Positions 57,103 through 64,000 of a stretch of DNA of 64,000 nt are shown one piece after another. The DNA comes from Calditrichaceae bacterium (GTDB taxonomy: Bacteria > Calditrichota > Calditrichia > Calditrichales > JBFXGD01): contig JBFXLE010000011.1 in assembly GCA_050173015.1 (NCBI GenBank), positions 33,232 to 97,231 on the forward strand. The letters run 5' to 3'. Both the position numbers and the translations under genes were made by a program. Numbering within the stretch: the stretch's first letter is position 1; each line of letters begins with the position of its first letter. The notes under the pieces are model-generated. The model made no database searches. It was not told the DNA's origin and worked only from the letters and a program-made list of their open reading frames with translations.

Positions 57103-58146
57103 TCATTTGTAATAATTTTTTTTGAATCCGGTTTTTTCTTCTTTCCCGAACCAAACGCGGCGGATATAATTATAGATAAATCCAAGTCCATATCCGTAAA
57201 TCTGAGCCGGCATGACCAGCGGTAAAAGAAACACGGGAGCAAGCGAACGATATTTACGCGCCGCGTCGATCATCGAAAAAAGAAGAATGAGCGCGCCAGA
57301 AAAAACACCCGCCACTAAAAATAATCTTGAAATCAGCAAGAAGGGGGCGCTGATCAAAACCAAAGCCGATATAAAAGTGCCGGCGGCCGGTAAAGCGTGG
57401 AGCGGCTCCAGCATCGTTGCGTCTATTTTATATAAATTAATCCGGGCGACACCCCAATTGAAAACCTGTCTGTAAAAACGGCGGAGATTCGTGCGCCGTT
57501 TGTGGTACACGGGCGCGTCTTCGATGAAAACCACCTTCGCTCCGCTTTTGATGATCCGATGACTGAATTCGATATCCTGCCCATGTCTTAATGATCCAAA
57601 TCCGCCTATTTTGTCCCACAACAGAGGGCTGATCCCCATATTAAATGACCTGGGATAAAATTTCGCCAGTTTTTTACCCTTTCGCCCCCGAAGACCGCCT
57701 GTGGTGATAAACGAAGTCATAGAATAATCGATCGCTTTAAGCAATGCCGGGAAATCATCACGATAAGTGTCGGGTCCGCCAAAAGCATCAGCATTCTCGC
57801 TATTAACAATTTCAGCGATATTCTTAAGCCAGCTGTCCGGAACAGTCACATCAGAATCAATAAATATAAAGAAATCGCCTTTGGCGTTTTTAACAGCCAA
57901 ATTTCTCGCGGCTCCGGGGCCCTGATTTTTCTGGCTGACGTATTTAAGTGAATAAGCCGTGTTCCGCGTAAAGGAATCAACAATTTCCCGTGTGCGGTCG
58001 GTAGAACCGTCATCAGCAATAATTAATTCGAATTGATCCGGGGAAAAGTCAATATGCCTGAATGATTCGAGCAATTCAAAAATCTCATCAGCGCGATTAT
58101 ACGAAGGAATAAGAACAGAGAAAAATCGGTAAGGTGTATCAGCCAT
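57103..58146 (-). CDS. Glycosyltransferase family 2 with C-terminal TM helices
   Basis: Motifs FSVLIPSYNR, ADDGSTD and IDSD (DxD). Confidence 0.85.
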   Translation of the reverse strand: MADTPYRFFSVLIPSYNRADEIFELLESFRHIDFSPDQFELIIADDGSTDRTREIVDSFTRNTAYSLKYVSQKNQGPGAARNLAVKNAKGDFFIFIDSDVTVPDSWLKNIAEIVNSENADAFGGPDTYRDDFPALLKAIDYSMTSFITTGGLRGRKGKKLAKFYPRSFNMGISPLLWDKIGGFGSLRHGQDIEFSHRIIKSGAKVVFIEDAPVYHKRRTNLRRFYRQVFNWGVARINLYKIDATMLEPLHALPAAGTFISALVLISAPFLLISRLFLVAGVFSGALILLFSMIDAARKYRSLAPVFLLPLVMPAQIYGYGLGFIYNYIRRVWFGKEEKTGFKKNYYK

Positions 58147-58170
58147 GAAAGTGTTATCTCGGTTAGAAGG

Positions 58171-59094
58171 TTAGTTTATCTCCTGTTTGATAGAATAGTC
58201 GATGGAGTCGTCCCGCGTGCTGGTCAGCATCTCACCTATCAGCCCTAAAGAAAACGACTGGACACCCACAATCAACATCAAAACACCAAGGAACAAGAGC
58301 GGTCGCTGACCGATACTGTTTCCCTGAAACCAAAGAATGGTCAGATACAATGAGATTAATAAGCCGATGAACATTGAGACAAGTCCGAAAAAACCAAACA
58401 AATGCAGTGGTTTTTGCCGGAAACGGGTAATAAACATAACCGTAAGCAGATCAAAAAAACCGTTAAAAAACCGGCTGATTCCAAATTTGGTTTTTCCAAA
58501 TTTTCTGGCGTGATGGGTGACGATGATTTCTCCGACCCGGAATCCCTGCCAATGAGCGAGAACGGGTAAATACCGGTGAAGCTCACCATATACAGGAATC
58601 GATTTTATGACATCGTTACGGTACGCTTTCAGGCCGCAGTTAAAATCATGGATTTTTATCCCGGTAATTAGCCGTGTAGTTGCATTAAATAATTTTGACG
58701 GGATCGTTTTGGTGATCGGATCATGTCGCCTTTTTTTCCATCCGGAGACAAGATCAAGCCCGTTCTCAATTTTTTCAATAAGTTTTGGAATCTCGGCCGG
58801 ATCATCCTGAAGGTCCGCATCCATCGTGATCACAATTTCACCGTTGGCCCTTTTAAATCCTTCGGAGAGCGCGGCGCTTTTTCCGTAATTTTTCCGGAAC
58901 CGGATAATTCTGATTTCAGGATACCCTTTTTTTAATTTCATCAGCTCCTCAAATGAACCGTCGGAGCTGCCGTCATCAATAAATATAATCTCAAATTTTT
59001 TAGCCAGGCTATTGATCTGGGAGACAATTCCTTCAGTCAGCAATGCTAATGAATCTACTTCGTTATATAAGGGTATGACGATCGATAAATCCAT
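58171..59094 (-). CDS. GT2 polyprenol-phosphate glycosyltransferase (GtrB/CsbB/ArnC-like)
   Basis: Motifs LSIVIPLYNE, FIDDGSSDGS and MDADLQD, plus two C-terminal TM helices. This architecture is characteristic of the family. Confidence 0.8.
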   Translation of the reverse strand: MDLSIVIPLYNEVDSLALLTEGIVSQINSLAKKFEIIFIDDGSSDGSFEELMKLKKGYPEIRIIRFRKNYGKSAALSEGFKRANGEIVITMDADLQDDPAEIPKLIEKIENGLDLVSGWKKRRHDPITKTIPSKLFNATTRLITGIKIHDFNCGLKAYRNDVIKSIPVYGELHRYLPVLAHWQGFRVGEIIVTHHARKFGKTKFGISRFFNGFFDLLTVMFITRFRQKPLHLFGFFGLVSMFIGLLISLYLTILWFQGNSIGQRPLLFLGVLMLIVGVQSFSLGLIGEMLTSTRDDSIDYSIKQEIN

Positions 59095-59111
59095 ATAAAT
59101 TCCCGGTTTCC

Positions 59112-59888
59112 TTAGTTCTCAAGTGAAAGGTCTATCTGACTGGCATTATCAGATATTTTAATGTCAAACAGTTTATGATCAACAGGTTTGTTGATGTCAA
59201 GACTGGAAAAATAAATAGATATCCCCTGTTTTTCATCCGGTCTTACAAAGTTAATTGCCATTGGAAAATAAGTATTGTTTATTCTGTTGAATTTATCATA
59301 TTCTTTATAATATATAAGTTGTCCTTCCTGGAAAAACTCAACTCTCCTGATCAGATTGGTTTTGGCGTCGAACCAAATATGGTAAGTCGCTTCGCCATTG
59401 GCCGCCTCCAGATAGTAGGCATTGTCGCGAATTTCAAACAGTTTCTTTTCAAGAACGTCAAATTTATCCTGCGCGACAAATACAGACTGTAATTCAGTGA
59501 TCTCGAGCGGAAATTGTAAAAAATTACGCCCTTCAAAGTCAATTTTCGAACCGGTATAAAATTGGTTCATTACCTGATTATAAAAAACAAATCGATTTTT
59601 AGCCAGAAAAACTTTTCCTAGATTCATCCCGAACGGCCCGGTTACGGCGATCAGAAGCGAATCACTTCCGGTCTGCGCTATACGCGCGGAAAAATTACCC
59701 GAATACTGAGGAGAATCCAGAGTGATGCGTGTTTCTCCCGATAAAGAGGTAATTGAATTTTGCCAGGCGACATTGTTCTGCAGTAATTCTCTGTATGTAA
59801 TTTTATTAAGATCCGGTTTTATATTGGTTTGAACTGAGGAACATCCAACGGCGAATATGGTAACCGTTAATATTAAAAATTTATACAT
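59112..59888 (-). CDS. Lipoprotein, LolB-like / DUF4292-like
   Basis: Lipobox IFAVGCSS. 258 aa. It lies directly downstream of a TPR lipoprotein, as is common for this family in the FCB group. Confidence 0.55.
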   Translation of the reverse strand: MYKFLILTVTIFAVGCSSVQTNIKPDLNKITYRELLQNNVAWQNSITSLSGETRITLDSPQYSGNFSARIAQTGSDSLLIAVTGPFGMNLGKVFLAKNRFVFYNQVMNQFYTGSKIDFEGRNFLQFPLEITELQSVFVAQDKFDVLEKKLFEIRDNAYYLEAANGEATYHIWFDAKTNLIRRVEFFQEGQLIYYKEYDKFNRINNTYFPMAINFVRPDEKQGISIYFSSLDINKPVDHKLFDIKISDNASQIDLSLEN

Positions 59889-61573
59889 TATTTGTTTTTA
59901 TCCATTTTAGATTTAACGTTTTCGTTGTCAGGTTCAATCTCGAGCGCTTTTTCCCAAAGGATATTCGCGTCTATCAACTTTCCCATTTCATAGTAAATAT
60001 CTCCGAGATGATCCAGCACTATCGATGAAGTTTCCCTTATCTGAACGGATCTTTCGATATTTCTGGCCGCTTCTTCAAGATTACCCAGCTTAAAATAAAT
60101 CCATCCCACGGTATCCAGATAGGCGGGATTATCCGGTTGAGCTTCAATCGCTTTCTTAGCCATGGCAAGGGCTTCATCCATGCGGATATTTCGTTCGGAC
60201 AAGCTATAACCGTAATTATTGAGCAAAAGATGATTATCCGGAAATCGTTTCAATCCATCTTCATAAACACTGTCTGACTGAGCGTACATTTTTAGCGATT
60301 CATATACCACCGGCAGGGTCGACAACGCATTAAAATTCATCGGTTCAAGTTCAAGCGCTTTTCGCAAAGGAGGTATAGCTTCTCTGTATTTTTTTAATTC
60401 CTGAAGAGTGATTCCATAAAAAGTCCACAGTGAAGCGTCTTCCGGGAGTTCTTTAATGGCATCGGAATAGATTTGCGCGGCCTTATTCAGGCTGTCCATG
60501 TCGCTGTAAGTGAATCCCAGATAAAGCCAGCCGAAACGATTCTTTCTGTCTCCCTTAATGATTTTGCTGAAATATCCGATGGCCGCGGGGTAGTTTTTTT
60601 CATTCAGTTCAATGCGGCCGATAATATCATAGGCGCCCCAGGGTATCCCGGGACTATTGATAACCGGTAATAACAGTTTCTTCGCTTCGTCAAGATCTTC
60701 AAGATAAAATTTAGATTCGGCAATCATAATTCTGGATGAAAGATCTGTGGAGTCTCTTTTAAAAAGCGGCTGATAAAGATCAATGACTTTTTGCCATTCC
60801 TGTTCCCGCCGGTAAAGCATGGCAAGATGTTCTATCGCGTCGATAAAATCACTTTTATAAGTGACCGCTTTACTGTAATAATTTCTGGCCTTATCAAAAT
60901 CCTGCCGATTCTCTTCAATTCTACCGAGCATATACCAGATTCCTGCATCTGTTGAATCTGATTTTAAGATCTCATTATAATAATAAATCGCTTTATCGTG
61001 CTGCATGTTTCTCAAATATATGTTTGCGATCTGTTCAAGGATTTTTCTGTCACTGCCATACAAATCAATCAGTTGTTCGTAAAGTTCTGCCTTTGCTATC
61101 TCGTCCTGATTCTTTTCATAAAGAAAAAGCAAAAAATTACGGGCATCCTCGTTATATGGATCTAATTTGAGCAGTTTTTTATAAGTGGTGACGGCCTGGT
61201 CATCCTGTTTCAACCTGAAATAACATTCCGCTTTTAACTGAAGGGTTTCTTCGTTTAGAGAATCAAGCCTGGCTGCTTTCTCAAGATAGTAGAGGGCAGT
61301 ATCGTAATTACCGAGTTTCATTCGCGTATAGGCAAGGCTGTTGTGAATGGTCGCGGAGGTGGAATCATACAAGAGCGCCTGATCAAATTGAACAAATGCT
61401 TCATCAAAGCGTTCTTCCATCTGAAGAAACAAGCCCTGTAGATAGTGGTCGCGCGCCTTCAACGAGACTGTTTCCGTTTTAGCATCCGCGGGAACCAGCT
61501 TTCTGGATGAAGTACAGCCTATGACTGTTACTGATAGAATGACGGCTGTTGTTATGTAGATAATCTTTTTCAT
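59888..61573 (-). CDS. Tetratricopeptide-repeat lipoprotein
   Basis: Lipobox VIGCTS, then many 34-aa TPR-like repeats (A..Y...L..DP pattern). Confidence 0.8.
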   Translation of the reverse strand: MKKIIYITTAVILSVTVIGCTSSRKLVPADAKTETVSLKARDHYLQGLFLQMEERFDEAFVQFDQALLYDSTSATIHNSLAYTRMKLGNYDTALYYLEKAARLDSLNEETLQLKAECYFRLKQDDQAVTTYKKLLKLDPYNEDARNFLLFLYEKNQDEIAKAELYEQLIDLYGSDRKILEQIANIYLRNMQHDKAIYYYNEILKSDSTDAGIWYMLGRIEENRQDFDKARNYYSKAVTYKSDFIDAIEHLAMLYRREQEWQKVIDLYQPLFKRDSTDLSSRIMIAESKFYLEDLDEAKKLLLPVINSPGIPWGAYDIIGRIELNEKNYPAAIGYFSKIIKGDRKNRFGWLYLGFTYSDMDSLNKAAQIYSDAIKELPEDASLWTFYGITLQELKKYREAIPPLRKALELEPMNFNALSTLPVVYESLKMYAQSDSVYEDGLKRFPDNHLLLNNYGYSLSERNIRMDEALAMAKKAIEAQPDNPAYLDTVGWIYFKLGNLEEAARNIERSVQIRETSSIVLDHLGDIYYEMGKLIDANILWEKALEIEPDNENVKSKMDKNK

Positions 61574-61710
61574 AATAAGTCGCTAAATTTATGGGTTAAT
61601 AACTGAAATAACAAGATTTAATTGATCTCTTTACAGGGAATATACCTTGATTTGAAAAATTTAATTAATTAAGTTCAAAAATTATAACAACTCTTTGAAT
61701 AAATTTTTTA

Positions 61711-63918
61711 TTGAATAGATCGCCTGTTAAAGTAAATTTAAAATCAAAAAGTTCCTGTCTTATGAAGAGAAAAAAACGCGGTACACAAACAGTGACTAAA
61801 ATAATGAAAAATCAGAACCAATCTTCAATGATTGCCACAGCGAGGCAAAACAATGGTTCAAAAAAGAAAACGCTGATTCTGGCCGGAATTCTTGCCATGT
61901 TTATATTTGGTGGAATCGGCTATTTATACTATCTGAGCAAAGATTTGCCTTCTCTTACAAAACTTGAAAGAATTGATCCCGCCATAGCGAGTCAGGTCTA
62001 TTCATCTGATGGTGAAGTCATTCATTCATTCTTTACATATAACCGAACATATACACCCTTCGATAAAATTCCGGAGTCAGTGCTTGATGCATTGCTTTCA
62101 ACGGAAGACCGTGATTTTTATTCACACTGGGGAATAAATTTAACCGGCATTATGAGGGCGATTGCGGTTGATATTGCCCATATGGGATTTAAGCAGGGCG
62201 CGAGTACGATTACTATGCAGTTGGCAAGAAACCTGTATTTCGGACTTGAACAGACCTGGGCGCGAAAACTAAAAGAAGCGATGACGGCCATACAGATCGA
62301 ACGCTCATATTCCAAGAATGAAATCATCGAGATGTATCTGAATGTTAACTCATTCGGAAATAACGCTTTTGGTATTCAGGCCGCGGCGCGCAGATATTTT
62401 GACAAAAACGTTGAAGAGCTGAATGTTGAGGAGTCCGCTCTCTTGATTGGATTGCTGAAAGGACCGAGCCGGTATTCACCCATACGGCACCCGGAACGAG
62501 CTCTCCAGAGACGGAATGTTGTGTTGAGTACCATCATGGATAATGGAAATCTGACCCAGGCGGAATTTGATAGTCTGAAAGAAATTCCTTTGAACATGAC
62601 TCTAAATGATCCTCACGAAATGAAAGTTGCGCCTTATTTTACAGAGTATATCCGGCGTCAGTTAAATATGCTTCAGGATTCACTCAATGTTAATGTCTAT
62701 GAAGACGGTTTGCGTGTTTATACATCCCTTAATATCCGCATGCAGAAATTAATGGAAGAGGCGATAATTAAGCATATAGATGGCCTTCAGGAACGGGTAA
62801 GAAATCAATCCGCATTTGATGAAATGCGAAAGACGATGACCGACTCCGCCTTTAACGAATTGACAACCATGCAAATCGCTTTTACCGCCATTAATCCTCA
62901 TACCGGACAAATTCTGGCTATGGTAGGCGGCAGGGATTTTGAAAAATCAAAGTTTAATCGGGTTACTCAGGCAAAACGGCAGCCGGGTTCGGCCTTCAAA
63001 CCATTTTTATACACAGCTGCCATTGATAATGGTTATACCCCGGCGGACGAATACCTGAACCAGCCTACCGTTGAAATTAACCCCGACGGCACACGCTGGA
63101 CTCCCGAAAATTATGAAGGGACTGTCAGCGGTTTGATGACGATCAGGGAAGCGCTATATCGCTCCGTTAACCTGGTAGCCGTCCGTTTGATTGCGGATAT
63201 AACGCCGGCTCTGGTGGCACAGTACGCGCACCGAATGGGAATTACCACCGATATCAGGGCTTTTTCTTCCCTTGCGCTGGGAAGTTCAGATGTGATCCCA
63301 CTTGAGCTGATCTCGGCTTATGGTACGTTTGCCAATAACGGTGTTCATGTCACTCCGATTTCAATTCTCAAAATCGAAGACAAAAACGGAAATACTATTT
63401 ATCAGGCTAAAACCGAAAGAAAAGAAGTTCTCTCTCCGGAAACCGTATATATAATGAACGATATGATGCAGGATGTAATAAGGCGGGGTACAGGATATGG
63501 CGTCCGCAGGGATTACAATTTTTATGTTCCGGCCGGTGGAAAAACAGGAACCACCAATGACAATACCAATGCCTGGTTTGTCGGGTTTACACCGGATATC
63601 GTAGCCGGTGTATGGGTTGGACTTGATGATTTCAAGCTGACATTAGGGAAAAAAATGACCGGCGCGGTCGCGGCTTTGCCATTCTGGGGTGAATTTATGA
63701 AATCGGTATATGATTCGGTTCAATTTACACACGGAAGTTTTGCCGAAGCCCCGGGGGTTATCCGGCTTGAGATCTGCAATGAGAGTAAGCAACTGGCGGG
63801 TCCGTATTGTCCGGAACGTTATGAAGAATTATTTAATGCCAGCTATAAACCGAAAGAACAGTGTTCGATTCACACCGGTGATCAATCCGTTCGGGACGGA
63901 AGAAGAAAACGTTTTTAG
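61711..63918 (+). CDS. mrcA: Class A penicillin-binding protein (PBP1A: glycosyltransferase + transpeptidase)
   Basis: GT51 motifs EDRDFYSHWGI and RKLKE. Transpeptidase motifs SAFKPF (SxxK), SVN and KTGTT. The start is uncertain (TTG 61711; ATGs at 61762 and 61804). Confidence 0.9.
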   Translation: MNRSPVKVNLKSKSSCLMKRKKRGTQTVTKIMKNQNQSSMIATARQNNGSKKKTLILAGILAMFIFGGIGYLYYLSKDLPSLTKLERIDPAIASQVYSSDGEVIHSFFTYNRTYTPFDKIPESVLDALLSTEDRDFYSHWGINLTGIMRAIAVDIAHMGFKQGASTITMQLARNLYFGLEQTWARKLKEAMTAIQIERSYSKNEIIEMYLNVNSFGNNAFGIQAAARRYFDKNVEELNVEESALLIGLLKGPSRYSPIRHPERALQRRNVVLSTIMDNGNLTQAEFDSLKEIPLNMTLNDPHEMKVAPYFTEYIRRQLNMLQDSLNVNVYEDGLRVYTSLNIRMQKLMEEAIIKHIDGLQERVRNQSAFDEMRKTMTDSAFNELTTMQIAFTAINPHTGQILAMVGGRDFEKSKFNRVTQAKRQPGSAFKPFLYTAAIDNGYTPADEYLNQPTVEINPDGTRWTPENYEGTVSGLMTIREALYRSVNLVAVRLIADITPALVAQYAHRMGITTDIRAFSSLALGSSDVIPLELISAYGTFANNGVHVTPISILKIEDKNGNTIYQAKTERKEVLSPETVYIMNDMMQDVIRRGTGYGVRRDYNFYVPAGGKTGTTNDNTNAWFVGFTPDIVAGVWVGLDDFKLTLGKKMTGAVAALPFWGEFMKSVYDSVQFTHGSFAEAPGVIRLEICNESKQLAGPYCPERYEELFNASYKPKEQCSIHTGDQSVRDGRRKRF

Positions 63919-63922
63919 ATTG

Positions 63923-64000
63923 TTATTGCAGCCACGATTCAGGGTTGTAAGTAATCTGCTTACCATAAATCTCAAAATGCAGTTTCGTACCGGATAACGA
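63923..64000 (-). CDS. C-terminal fragment of an M23-family (LytM-type) peptidase, 5' part beyond window
   Basis: The minus strand reads ...SLSGTKLHFEIYGKQITYNPESWLQ* (stop at 63925-63923). The HxH-region ending LHFEI...NP..WL is typical of M23 peptidases. Too short to appear in the ORF track. Confidence 0.5.
   Translation of the reverse strand, partial: SLSGTKLHFEIYGKQITYNPESWLQ

Overview
This is a 64-kb, densely coding chromosomal window with about 55 protein genes. I found no rRNA, tRNA, CRISPR array or obvious mobile element. All family calls come from motifs read by eye in the ORF translations; no searches were run. The host looks like an FCB-superphylum-type diderm (inference): two proteins end in the ...NYPNPFNPETTI... 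type-IX-secretion (T9SS) sorting domain, and the GlmM N-terminus is Bacteroidota-style.

Most content is housekeeping: pcm, era, recO, glyQS, gpmI, rsgA, PBP1A, PBP4, NDH-2, Hsp20, a UbiD-family decarboxylase, a CPA2 antiporter and a hybrid histidine kinase. There is also a long minus-strand surface-polysaccharide locus (45.4-59.1 kb).

Three things stand out.

1. A gene missed by the ORF track lies at 11192..11971 (-). It is a signal-peptide thioredoxin-fold redoxin with an in-frame TGA exactly where the first Cys of the CxxC motif should be (FFVGYN-TGA-PSC). A GC hairpin follows the TGA, and the frame continues into a T9SS C-terminal domain. This makes it a candidate secreted selenoprotein. 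It sits in an operon with a Cys-type TlpA, a beta-barrel outer-membrane protein (OMP) and an SRPBCC-fold (START/Bet v1-like) protein.

2. A 1.7-kb noncoding tandem array lies at 30414..32103, between the convergent 3' ends of gpmI and dacB. It holds 7.4 copies of a 220-230-bp unit. Each unit has two diverged hairpin modules of about 80-90 nt. The hairpin arms are built from 9-10-nt sub-repeats (CACRGATT / AATCNGTGA) around an A/T-rich loop, and the modules are separated by 30-nt purine-rich linkers. It matches no standard feature class (CRISPR, attC array or oriC).

3. An orphan bacterial-microcompartment vertex gene (EutN/CcmL) lies next to a deoC. The deoC carries a 66-aa N-terminal extension with an encapsulation-peptide-like amphipathic helix and a CX2CX2CX3C motif.
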